Below, in pieces: positions 1 to 8,345 of a stretch of 41,584 nt of DNA (position 1 is the stretch's first letter; each line of letters opens with the position of its first letter). The position numbers were made by a program, and so were the translations under genes. The notes beneath the pieces were generated by a model. That model was not told where the DNA came from. It ran no database searches and saw only the letters and a list, made by a program, of their open reading frames with translations. The DNA is from Actinomycetota bacterium (lineage in GTDB: Bacteria; Actinomycetota; Actinomycetes; Nanopelagicales; Nanopelagicaceae). Location: positions 1 to 41,584 of the forward strand of contig RHAU01000001.1 of assembly GCA_010032125.1 (NCBI GenBank), in the 5' to 3' direction.

Positions 1-968
1 CCGTCAATATGTCGTGAGTAATTCTCGATTCCGGAACAGAAGCCGAGTTGGAGCATCATTTCGATATCGAATTGCGTGCGCATGCGAAGCCGTTGCGCTT
101 CGAGTAGTTTATTTGAGCGCTCTAACTCGACAAGTCGCTCCCCTAGTTCTGCTTCGATATCAGCAATTGCGCGTTTCATGGTCTCTCGACTTGCAGAGTA
201 GTGAGTCGCAGGGAAGATGAAGACCTCTTTTACATCGCTCACAATTTCACCTGTAAGCGGATTGAGCGTTGTAAGGCGCTCAATCTCATCTCCAAACATC
301 TCTATGCGAATTGCGAGTTCTTCATATACCGGAATTATTTCAATGGTATCCCCGCGAACTCTAAAAGTTCCTCGTTCAAATGAAAGGTCATTGCGTTTAT
401 ATTGGATATCTACAAACTGACGTAACAGAGTATTTCTCTCCAAAGTATCTCCGACCGAAATTCTGATCATTCGGTCTATATATTCCTGAGGTGTGCCTAG
501 GCCATAGATACATGAAACGGTAGCCACCACCACAACATCCCGACGCGTTAATAGCGAGTAAGTCGCTGAGTAACGAAGCCTTTCAACTTCCGAATTTATT
601 GAAGCGTCTTTTTCGATAAAGGTATCGGTTTGCGGGACATAAGCTTCTGGTTGGTAGTAGTCGTAGTACGAGACAAAATATTCAACTGCATTATTCGGTA
701 AGAGCTCCCGAAATTCATTTGCTAGTTGAGCAGCCAAAGTCTTATTAGGGGCAAGAACTAATGTTGGCCTTTGAACTCTCTCGATCAACCAGGCGGTTGT
801 GGCGGATTTACCAGTGCCCGTTGCGCCAAGCAAGACAACATCTGACTCGCCTCGATTCACTCGTCGCGCCAGCTCATCTATTGCAGCAGGTTGATCACCT
901 GAAGGTCGAAAATCGCTGACGACTTTGAATTCACGTTCCGCCCGTGGTGTGCTTGTTACGGCTCGCAT
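1..968 (-). CDS. uvrB: Excinuclease ABC subunit B (UvrB), N-terminal part; the 3' end lies beyond the left window edge
   Basis: Absent from the ORF track because it runs off the edge. My minus-strand translation from ATG 968..966 gives [91 protein letters not shown], typical of the UvrB N-terminus with Walker A. The ATG overlaps the coaE stop (TGATG). Confidence 0.9.
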   Translation of the reverse strand, partial: MRAVTSTPRAEREFKVVSDFRPSGDQPAAIDELARRVNRGESDVVLLGATGTGKSATTAWLIERVQRPTLVLAPNKTLAAQLANEFRELLPNNAVEYFVSYYDYYQPEAYVPQTDTFIEKDASINSEVERLRYSATYSLLTRRDVVVVATVSCIYGLGTPQEYIDRMIRISVGDTLERNTLLRQFVDIQYKRNDLSFERGTFRVRGDTIEIIPVYEELAIRIEMFGDEIERLTTLNPLTGEIVSDVKEVFIFPATHYSASRETMKRAIADIEAELGERLVELERSNKLLEAQRLRMRTQFDIEMMLQLGFCSGIENYSRHID

Positions 969-1564
969 CATGCGTTAGTCCGTGGCAAGAGTTCGCGTTC
1001 CCACAAAGTTTCAACGCTTCTCGTCAGATCATCGAGAGTTCCATTATTGGTGATAACAATGTCGGCTATTGCCTCTCGCTCTGCACCGCTTGCTTGTGCT
1101 GCAATCCGCTTATTAATTTCATAATCCTTCATGCCGCGGTCTCGGAGCCGCGCCCGACGAATCTCAAGGTCAGCCTCTACCGAAATGACGAGATCAAAAC
1201 GGGATGCGCCATTTGTTTCGACAAGAAGTGGAATTTGATTAATAACTACGCGATTCTCGCCCACTCGATTGATTATCTTTGTCGCCATTTCCCTGACGAT
1301 GGGATGGATGATGGCTTCGAGATCCTTGCGCGCACTCGGATCATCAAAAACTATCTGCGCCAACTTTCCGCGATCAATATCACCATCGGAAAGTATCGAA
1401 TCTCCAAATCGAGCAATGACGTGGTCGTACCCATGGCCGCCTCGTTCAATTGCGTCGCGAGCCAATTCATCAGAATCAATAACGACTGCTCCCAGGCTCG
1501 CAAATATCTCCGCTACTGTGGATTTACCGGATCCAATCCCGCCAGTGAGTGCGACCTTCAGCAT
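968..1564 (-). CDS. coaE: Dephospho-CoA kinase
   Basis: 198-aa ORF. The N-terminal P-loop [21 protein letters not shown] and the overall length fit CoaE. Its position between rpsA and uvrB matches other actinobacteria. Confidence 0.9.
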   Translation of the reverse strand: MLKVALTGGIGSGKSTVAEIFASLGAVVIDSDELARDAIERGGHGYDHVIARFGDSILSDGDIDRGKLAQIVFDDPSARKDLEAIIHPIVREMATKIINRVGENRVVINQIPLLVETNGASRFDLVISVEADLEIRRARLRDRGMKDYEINKRIAAQASGAEREAIADIVITNNGTLDDLTRSVETLWERELLPRTNA

Positions 1565-1602
1565 TTCTTGAGCCTATCTAAACCGTTTATGAATATTCAC
1601 TT

Positions 1603-1640
1603 CGAAAAAAGTTTTGGGCCCTACGAAATTCGCAGGGCCC
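1603..1640 (-). terminator. Putative intrinsic terminator downstream of rpsA
   Basis: On the minus strand: GGGCCCT-(11 nt)-AGGGCCC, a 7-bp GC-rich stem (1616-1622/1634-1640), followed by AAAACTTTTTTCG. The T-run is offset 5 nt from the stem, hence moderate confidence. Confidence 0.5.
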
Positions 1641-1662
1641 AGAGAACTATTTCCGACTGCGC

Positions 1663-3012
1663 TTACTCCGCGCTTTCGGTTGGTGTGGCCGCAGCCGCAG
1701 CCGCATCAGCAGCTTGAGCTTCAGCCTTCTGCTTCTTGTGCGCTAGGAAACGCGCTTGAGCTTCTGCGTACTGACGCTCCCACTCTTCACGCTGTGCTTC
1801 ATAGCCAGGCTTCCACTCCTGAGTTTGTGCATCGAATCCTTCTGGATAGATGAAGTTTCCGCTCTCGTCGTAACGAGCCGGCATTCCATATTGTGTTGGA
1901 TCAAAAGCTTCAACAGGAACGTCGTGTCCTTCGTTTGCTTGCTTTAGCGAAAGTGAGATACGACGACGCTCAAGATCGATATCAATAATTTTCACGAAGA
2001 GTTGATCGCCAACTTGAACAACCTGCTCAGGAATCTCGACATGTCGTTCTGCAAGTTCTGAGATGTGGACTAATCCTTCAATGCCATCGAATACCTTAAT
2101 AAAAGCTCCGAATGGAACCAGTTTGGTTACCTCACCTGGTACAACTTGATTAATGGTGTGAGTACGTGCAAATGCTTGCCACGGATCTTCTTGAGTTGCC
2201 TTGAGAGAGAGGGAAACTCGTTCTCTTTCAAAATCAACTTCGAGAACTTCAACGGTAACTTCATCGCCAACTTGAACTACTTCGCCGGGATGATCGATGT
2301 GTTTCCATGACAGTTCGGAGACGTGTACGAGTCCATCTACGCCACCAAGATCAACGAAAGCGCCGAAGTTGACGATTGATGAGACAACGCCCTGGCGAAC
2401 TTGTCCTTTTTGAAGCTGATTAAGGAAAGTTGTACGCGATTCAGATTGGGTCTGCTCAAGATATGCGCGACGAGAAAGAACGACGTTATTTCGATTCTTA
2501 TCCAATTCGATAATGCGCGCTTCTACTTGCTTCCCGATATAAGGAGAAAGGTCTCGAACACGGCGCATTTCGACGAGAGATGCTGGAAGGAATCCGCGAA
2601 GACCGATATCAACAATGAGACCGCCCTTGACTACTTCAATGACCGTTCCAACGACAACTTCATCGCGTTCCTTTTTACCTTCAATCTCCCCCCACGCCTT
2701 CTCGTATTGAGCGCGCTTCTTCGAGAGGATGAGACGACCTTCTTTATCTTCTTTCTGTAAAACTAAAGCTTCGACAGATTCGCCGACTTTGACAAGATCG
2801 CTGGGATCTAAATCGTGGCGAATTGAAAGTTCGCGTGCTGGAATTACGCCTTCGGTTTTGTATCCGATATCGACGAGTACTTCATCGCGATCTACTTGTA
2901 CAACGACGCCTGAGACGAGATCTCCGTCATTGAAATTCTTGATTGTTCCTTCGATTGCGGCAAGGAATTCGGCTGCCGATCCGACGTCATTGATTGAAAT
3001 TTTTGTGGACAA
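1663..3012 (-). CDS. rpsA: 30S ribosomal protein S1
   Basis: 449-aa ORF with repeated S1 domains (..GDLVSGVVVQVDRDEVLVDIGYKTEGVIP.., ..GTVIEVVKGGLIVDIGLRGFLPASL.., ..GVVSSIVNFGAFVDLGGVDGLVHVSELS.., ..GEVTKLVPFGAFIKVFDGIEGLVHISEL..). TTG start preceded by GGAG. Confidence 0.95.
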   Translation of the reverse strand: MSTKISINDVGSAAEFLAAIEGTIKNFNDGDLVSGVVVQVDRDEVLVDIGYKTEGVIPARELSIRHDLDPSDLVKVGESVEALVLQKEDKEGRLILSKKRAQYEKAWGEIEGKKERDEVVVGTVIEVVKGGLIVDIGLRGFLPASLVEMRRVRDLSPYIGKQVEARIIELDKNRNNVVLSRRAYLEQTQSESRTTFLNQLQKGQVRQGVVSSIVNFGAFVDLGGVDGLVHVSELSWKHIDHPGEVVQVGDEVTVEVLEVDFERERVSLSLKATQEDPWQAFARTHTINQVVPGEVTKLVPFGAFIKVFDGIEGLVHISELAERHVEIPEQVVQVGDQLFVKIIDIDLERRRISLSLKQANEGHDVPVEAFDPTQYGMPARYDESGNFIYPEGFDAQTQEWKPGYEAQREEWERQYAEAQARFLAHKKQKAEAQAADAAAAAATPTESAE

Positions 3013-3170
3013 GATGCTCCGTGGGGAATTGTGTGAGTAGGGAACGCAAGAAATCCGACTCCAAACTTTTTTAGGATTTGGGCACTTCCTACTACGTCCG
3101 AGGTCGTACAGGATTTTCTAGCGCGGAGCGGAAGGTTACTTTCTGCGGCAATGAAAGGTCAATTTAAGGG

Positions 3171-5717
3171 CTAGTGCCCTGCTTGATCCCAACTCTTTCC
3201 AAAACCAACGCTGACATCAAGTGGCGCCTTCAGAGGATATGCGCCCCCCATTTCGCGGCGAACTAAGGATTCAAGCGCCCTCTCCTCGCCTGGTGCAACC
3301 TCGAAAATCAATTCGTCATGGACCTGAAGCAAGAGTCGAGAAGTGAGTTTCTCCTGTGTCAATGCCTTCGTCACATTGATCATCGCTACTTTGATGATGT
3401 CCGCTGCAGAACCTTGGATAGGAGCATTGAGCGCCATCCGCTCGGCGACTTCTCTTCGTTGTCGGTTTTCATGAACGAGATCAGGAAGGTATCTGCGCCG
3501 ACCCAGAATTGTTTCTGTGTAGCCCTTCTCGCGAGCAATCTTTACAACCTCTTTCAAATAATCCTGAATGCCTCCGAATCTTTCGAAGTACTTGCCCATG
3601 AGAGCGCTGGCATCTGTTGGCGAGATATCCAATTGTTGAGCGAGTCCAAAGGATGAAAGTCCATATGCCAATCCATATGACATTGCCTTTATCTGCCTGC
3701 GCATCTCTGCCGTTACATCTCGTGGCGATACTGAAAATACTTGGGATGCAACTGTTGAATGAAGGTCTTCTCCCGCATGGAATGCCTTGAGTAATCCAGC
3801 ATCACCAGATAAGTGGGCCATGATGCGCATCTCAATTTGGCTGTAATCAGCGGTCATGAGTTGAGTAAAAGGAGGGTGCGCAATAAAACAATCGCGGATT
3901 TTCCGCCCTTCGTCAGTTCGAATCGGGATGTTTTGCAGATTTGGTTCGGTGGATGAGAGTCGACCAGTAGCGGTGATGGTCTGCTGAAAGGTCGTGTGAA
4001 TTCGTTGGTCGTGAGCGATTGCGTTTTGTAGACCCTCTACCGTCGTCCGTAATTTCGATGACTCTCGAATGGAGAGAAGATTGTGAAGGACCGGATGTTT
4101 CGTGGTCGCGAAGAGCCATTCAAGGGAATCGGCATCGGTGCTGTAGCCCGTCTTGATTCGTTTGGTTTTCGGAAGTTTTAGTTCTTCAAAAAGCACGCTC
4201 TGGAGTTGTTTAGGTGAGGCCACATTGAATTCGTGGCCGACCGCCTCATAGGCGTTTTTTGTCGCAGTAGATTCTTGGTCTGAGAAGTGGTTATGCAGTG
4301 ATGTCAACGCTTTCTTATCAATTCCAATTCCGGTCTGCTCAATCTCCGCCAATATGTGCAATATTGGAATCTCAATATCCTCCAATAGTTTCACCTGCTC
4401 GGTATCGGCCAACTCCTTCCTCAGTGCAGCAGAAAGCGATAAGAGATATGCAGCTAACTCTGGATTCCAAGAAGATGAGAAAAGGTCTGCACTTTCTGCT
4501 GATACTTCTATTCCAACATAGCGGCGTATCAATGATTCAAGTTCAAGATCTCGTGTTCCAGGATTAAGAAGATATGCTGCAATTTCACAATCGAAATCAA
4601 CGTGACCGAGGTAGCGTAGTAAGAGTTTGCCTTGATACGTGACTACCTTAAGGTCCTCAGGAATATTCAGTTCGATTGCGGGGGCAACATAGACCTCATC
4701 GCCGCCCATACATAGCGCAATTTCCTCTTCATTGGTTAAAAGTGAAATTTCTCCAGACACGTCATTGATTTTCTTCTGAAGTTCATTTTTCGTTATTCGA
4801 ACTAGTGTGACCGCTTGGCTCTTCGTTTTTGCAGGCTCAGATGCATCGCCACTGAGGTTTTTCGCGCGATCCCGTAGCGCTTTAATTTCAAGTTTTTCAA
4901 ATAATGAGGTTGTCTTTCCAAGATTTACACCAGTCCACTGAAGTTTGTTCAACTCAATATCTATAGGAACGTCGTGGCGAAGCGTGGTGAGCTCTCTATT
5001 GGTGATCACGGCAGACAAGGAAGAGCGAAGTGCATCTCCGGCCTTACCCGGCACTTCATCGACTCGGGCGATGAGCGAAGAGAGCGATCCAAATTCATTA
5101 ATCCACTTTGCTGCCGTCTTCTCTCCCACGCCAGGTATCGAAGGCAAGTTATCGCTGGGATCGCCACGAAGCGCAGCAAAATCTGGGTACTGCTCTGGAG
5201 TCAGTCCGTACTTCTCAACGACTGCCGCAGGCGTCATCCGCGCTAGTTCAGTCACGCCCTTTTTCGGATAAAGAACTGTGACTCCCTCTCGTATCAGTTG
5301 AAACGAATCTCGATCCCCGGTGCAAATCAGCACTTCTCCCATCGGTCGTAGCTTGTCAACAATGGTGGCGATGATGTCATCTGCTTCAAAGCCTTCTAAT
5401 TCAAAATGAGGAATATTGAATGCATCTAGCAATTCGTTGATGTACGTGAGTTGCGAACGAAATTCATCGGGAGTCGTTGCCCGATTTGCCTTGTACTCCG
5501 GAAATTTCTCCGTTCTAAAGGTTTTTCTCGAGACATCGAAAGCCGTAGCGATATGGGTTGGTTTTTCATCACGAATCAGATTCATCACCATGGATGCAAA
5601 TCCATAAATCGCGTTGGTGTGCTGTCCAGTTGAAGTCGTGAAGTTCTCTACTGGCAAGGCGTAGAAGGCTCGATACGCCAGAGAGTGGCCATCAAGTAAG
5701 AGAATCCGATTGGACAT
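3171..5717 (-). CDS. polA: DNA polymerase I
   Basis: The ORF is open from TTG 5726. ATG 5717 (MSNRILLLDGHSLAYRAFYAL) is the more likely start. It has a 5'-nuclease domain and family-A polymerase motifs: DYSQIEMRIMAHLSGD, RRQIKAMSYGLAYGLS, LLLQVHDELIFEV. Confidence 0.95.
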   Translation of the reverse strand: MSNRILLLDGHSLAYRAFYALPVENFTTSTGQHTNAIYGFASMVMNLIRDEKPTHIATAFDVSRKTFRTEKFPEYKANRATTPDEFRSQLTYINELLDAFNIPHFELEGFEADDIIATIVDKLRPMGEVLICTGDRDSFQLIREGVTVLYPKKGVTELARMTPAAVVEKYGLTPEQYPDFAALRGDPSDNLPSIPGVGEKTAAKWINEFGSLSSLIARVDEVPGKAGDALRSSLSAVITNRELTTLRHDVPIDIELNKLQWTGVNLGKTTSLFEKLEIKALRDRAKNLSGDASEPAKTKSQAVTLVRITKNELQKKINDVSGEISLLTNEEEIALCMGGDEVYVAPAIELNIPEDLKVVTYQGKLLLRYLGHVDFDCEIAAYLLNPGTRDLELESLIRRYVGIEVSAESADLFSSSWNPELAAYLLSLSAALRKELADTEQVKLLEDIEIPILHILAEIEQTGIGIDKKALTSLHNHFSDQESTATKNAYEAVGHEFNVASPKQLQSVLFEELKLPKTKRIKTGYSTDADSLEWLFATTKHPVLHNLLSIRESSKLRTTVEGLQNAIAHDQRIHTTFQQTITATGRLSSTEPNLQNIPIRTDEGRKIRDCFIAHPPFTQLMTADYSQIEMRIMAHLSGDAGLLKAFHAGEDLHSTVASQVFSVSPRDVTAEMRRQIKAMSYGLAYGLSSFGLAQQLDISPTDASALMGKYFERFGGIQDYLKEVVKIAREKGYTETILGRRRYLPDLVHENRQRREVAERMALNAPIQGSAADIIKVAMINVTKALTQEKLTSRLLLQVHDELIFEVAPGEERALESLVRREMGGAYPLKAPLDVSVGFGKSWDQAGH

Positions 5718-5755
5718 CAACGGCAATACTAGAGATAGGCACCTACAATTACCGC

Positions 5756-6163
5756 ATGAAAGATTTCATGGAGATTCTTCGTGAACGCGGTAGCGGTGCC
5801 CTTGATAAGAAGATGGGTATTGAAATCATCGAGGCCTCTCCGCAACGTCTCGTTGGCACGATGCCGGTAGAGGGAAATACACAACCTCTCGGATTACTTC
5901 ATGGCGGAGCAAATGTTGTCCTAGCAGAGAGTTTGGGCTCCATCGGCACGCAACTTCATGCTGGCCCCAACCGCAGAATTGTTGGAGTTGATATCAACGC
6001 AACTCATCACAAGTCAGCGACAACGGGAGTAGTCACTGGCGTAGCTACAGCGATAACTCTCGGTAAGACTTTATGTTGCTACGACGTTGAAATTACAAAC
6101 GATAAGGGCGAACGAACCTGCACCGCCCGAATTACCTGTTTGATATTGGCCGAACGCTCTTAA
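5756..6163 (+). CDS. Hotdog-fold (PaaI-family) acyl-CoA thioesterase
   Basis: 135-aa ORF. The ..NTQPLGLLHGGANVVLAESLGS.. motif and the size are typical of PaaI/YbdB-type thioesterases. Substrate unknown. Confidence 0.8.
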   Translation: MKDFMEILRERGSGALDKKMGIEIIEASPQRLVGTMPVEGNTQPLGLLHGGANVVLAESLGSIGTQLHAGPNRRIVGVDINATHHKSATTGVVTGVATAITLGKTLCCYDVEITNDKGERTCTARITCLILAERS

Positions 6164-6744
6164 CGTTCGAGCGAAGATCCTGGATTAATAACCGCTTCTG
6201 CTACTTCTTTCATGGTGATACGACGATCCATCGCTGCTCGTTGAATCCACGAAAAGGCTTCAGGTTCGCTGAGATTGAGCGCCTTCATCAAAATTCCCTT
6301 TGCTCTATCAATCAATTTTCTACTTTCAAGGCGCTCATGCAAGTCTGCTACTTCTGCAGCCAAAGAGCGCATCTGTGTGTGGCGACTTATGGCGATCTCT
6401 ATTGATGGAACCAAATCATTGATGGTGAATGGTTTAACAACATAAGCCATGGCCCCGGCATCGCGGGCACGCTCGACAAGATCGCGTTGACTAAATGCTG
6501 TGAGCATCAGAACCGGTGCGATGTCGATAATTTTTTCCGCGGCGGAAATTCCATCGAGTACCGGCATCTTGACATCGAGAATTGCAATATCTGGTCGCAA
6601 GTTCTCCGCGAGTTCTATCGCTTCTTGACCATTGGTTGCTTCACCAACAACGTCGTAGCCAGCTTCGCGGAGCATTTCAACCAAATCCATGCGAATGAGA
6701 GTCTCGTCTTCTGCGACAAGAATCCGGGCTGGCGTGTGAGTCAT
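6160..6744 (-). CDS. pdtaR: ANTAR-domain response regulator (PdtaR-like)
   Basis: 194 aa. The receiver domain reads RILVAEDETLIRMDL..ILDVKMP..AYVVKPF. The C-terminal ANTAR domain reads LESRKLIDRAKGILMKALNLSEPEAFSWIQRAAMDRRITMKEVAEAVI. It closely resembles M. tuberculosis PdtaR as I recall it. Confidence 0.9.
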   Translation of the reverse strand: MTHTPARILVAEDETLIRMDLVEMLREAGYDVVGEATNGQEAIELAENLRPDIAILDVKMPVLDGISAAEKIIDIAPVLMLTAFSQRDLVERARDAGAMAYVVKPFTINDLVPSIEIAISRHTQMRSLAAEVADLHERLESRKLIDRAKGILMKALNLSEPEAFSWIQRAAMDRRITMKEVAEAVINPGSSLER

Positions 6745-6745
6745 G

Positions 6746-6818
6746 TGCCTCGAGTCGGATTTGAACCGACACTGTGCGGTTTTTGAGACCGCCCTCTCTA
6801 CCGTTGGAGTACCGAGGC
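6746..6818 (-). tRNA. tRNA, 73 nt, class I cloverleaf; hand-folded anticodon CAA (nominally Leu), isotype uncertain
   Basis: Minus-strand fold. Acceptor GCCTCGG/TCGAGGC. D arm CTC(C)-AACGGTAG-(A)GAG. Anticodon arm GCGGT-CTCAAAA-ACCGC. 5-nt variable loop ACAGT. T arm GTCGG-TTCAAAT-CCGAC. Discriminator A; CCA not encoded. Confidence 0.85.
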
Positions 6819-6831
6819 GAGGTTTTCTATC

Positions 6832-8271
6832 TTAGCGATAGGCCGGAGCCTTGCCACCTACAGCATCTCCGATGCTATGTACTCGCATCGCATTGGTAGA
6901 ACCTGGGATTCCAGGTGGTGAACCTGCAACGATAACAATCTGTTCGCCTTCTTTAACTCGCTGAGATTTGAGCAAGATGGAATCCACTTGTTTGACCATC
7001 TGATCTGTCGTTTCAACAAAAGGCGCAAGTATTGCTTCCGTTCCCCACGTTAATGAAAGTTGATTGAGCGTTGCTTCATCGGGCGTCAGTGCAACAATCG
7101 GGATCGGCGAGCGAAGTCGTGAAAGACGTCGTGCTGTATCACCGGATTTCGTAAATGTTGCAAGATATTTAGCGCCAATAGTTGCGCCAACATCGGCGGC
7201 GGCCTTTGTTATTGCTCCACCTTTAGTCTTGGGATTGTGGAGTAGATGTGAGATCGTGTGCAGCGCTTCAGATTCGGTTTTTTCGATAATTCTTGCCATA
7301 GTTTGAACGGCCTCAATCGGGAATTTACCCACGCTGGTCTCCCCCGAGAGCATCAACGCATCTGCTCCATCAAGAATGGCGTTGGCACAATCAGTTGCTT
7401 CAGCACGTGTTGGTCGAGAATTGGTGATCATTGAATCCAACATCTGTGTTGCGACAATGACGGGTTTAGCCATTTCTCGAGCCAGGGTGACGCATCTCTT
7501 TTGCACGAGAGGAATATCTTCAATCGGCATCTCCACGCCAAGATCACCTCGCGCGACCATAATTCCATCAAAGGCATCGATGATTTCCTGAAGATTATCG
7601 ACAGCTTGTGGCTTCTCAATCTTTGCAATGACCGGGCGGAATATTCCAAGCTCCTTCATGACCTTATGAACATCGTCAATATCCCTCGCCGAACGCACGA
7701 AAGACAAGGCAATGAAATCTGCTCCGGCCTTTAATCCCCATCGAAGATCTTCAACATCCTTCTCTGACATTGCCGGAACAGAGACAGCGACTCCAGGGAG
7801 ATTGAGGCCTTTATTGTTTGAGATCGGACCTGGCTCGATGCAGGTAGTGACAACATCATTTCCTTTGACAGAGACGACTTCGACAGCAACCTTTCCATCA
7901 TCGATCAAAATGCGGTCCCCTACTTTGCAATCACCTGGTAGTCCTTTATAGGTCGTGCTGACTCGCTCCTTCGTACCCACAATCTCATCCGTTGTAATTG
8001 TGAGCTTCTCACCGCGAGCAAGTTCGTATGGACCTGATTCAAATTTCCCTAGTCGAATCTTCGGGCCTTGAAGATCCACAAGTATCGCTACTGGACGTTG
8101 TGCATCAGCAGCAGCTTGCCGAACCAAAGCGAAGCGCTTGGCATGTTCGTCGTAAGTTCCGTGGGAAAGGTTGAGGCGTGCAACGCTCATGCCAGCATCA
8201 ATCAATGCAGCAACGTTTTCAGGACTCTCCACTGCAGGACCCATGGTGCAGACTATTTTCGCGCGGCGCAT
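6832..8271 (-). CDS. pyk: Pyruvate kinase
   Basis: 479 aa; MRRAKIVCTMGPA.., ..VARLNLSHGT.., ..IMVARGDLGVEMP.., ..ATQMLDSM.. are classic pyruvate kinase motifs. Confidence 0.95.
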   Translation of the reverse strand: MRRAKIVCTMGPAVESPENVAALIDAGMSVARLNLSHGTYDEHAKRFALVRQAAADAQRPVAILVDLQGPKIRLGKFESGPYELARGEKLTITTDEIVGTKERVSTTYKGLPGDCKVGDRILIDDGKVAVEVVSVKGNDVVTTCIEPGPISNNKGLNLPGVAVSVPAMSEKDVEDLRWGLKAGADFIALSFVRSARDIDDVHKVMKELGIFRPVIAKIEKPQAVDNLQEIIDAFDGIMVARGDLGVEMPIEDIPLVQKRCVTLAREMAKPVIVATQMLDSMITNSRPTRAEATDCANAILDGADALMLSGETSVGKFPIEAVQTMARIIEKTESEALHTISHLLHNPKTKGGAITKAAADVGATIGAKYLATFTKSGDTARRLSRLRSPIPIVALTPDEATLNQLSLTWGTEAILAPFVETTDQMVKQVDSILLKSQRVKEGEQIVIVAGSPPGIPGSTNAMRVHSIGDAVGGKAPAYR

Positions 8272-8345
8272 TTGATTACCTTAATCTATTCGTTAAATAG
8301 TTTTCGCCAGATTGACGATGACGTGCGAAGATTTTCTGATTCATG

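Noticed and set aside
944-1717. 257-aa plus-strand ORF spanning coaE antisense, the intergenic terminator and the rpsA 3' end
   Set aside because: It is antisense to two well-supported genes, crosses an intergenic hairpin, and has a low-complexity, Cys/Ser/Ile-rich translation with no recognisable motif. It is a typical shadow ORF.
3013-3170. 158-nt rpsA leader / polA 3' region examined for a structured autoregulatory element or polA terminator (for example AAATCC..GGATTT and GC-rich imperfect hairpins)
   Set aside because: Only short or imperfect stems could be found by eye, with no conserved motif I can name. Not supportable without covariance or comparative analysis.
6150-6173. Small palindrome CGAACG-CTCTTAA-CGTTCG centred on the shared TTAA, where the convergent thioesterase and pdtaR stop codons overlap; considered as a possible bidirectional terminator
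   Set aside because: It has only a 6-bp stem and no flanking U/A tracts. It is most simply a consequence of two TAA stops overlapping, and is too weak to call.
6746-6818. Plus-strand reading of the same locus as a tRNA-Gln (the anticodon arm reads GCGGU-UUUUGAG-ACCGC, anticodon UUG)
   Set aside because: The canonical T arm/loop (GTCGG-TTCAAAT-CCGAC) and the GG-containing D loop exist only on the minus strand. The plus strand would have no T-psi-C loop.
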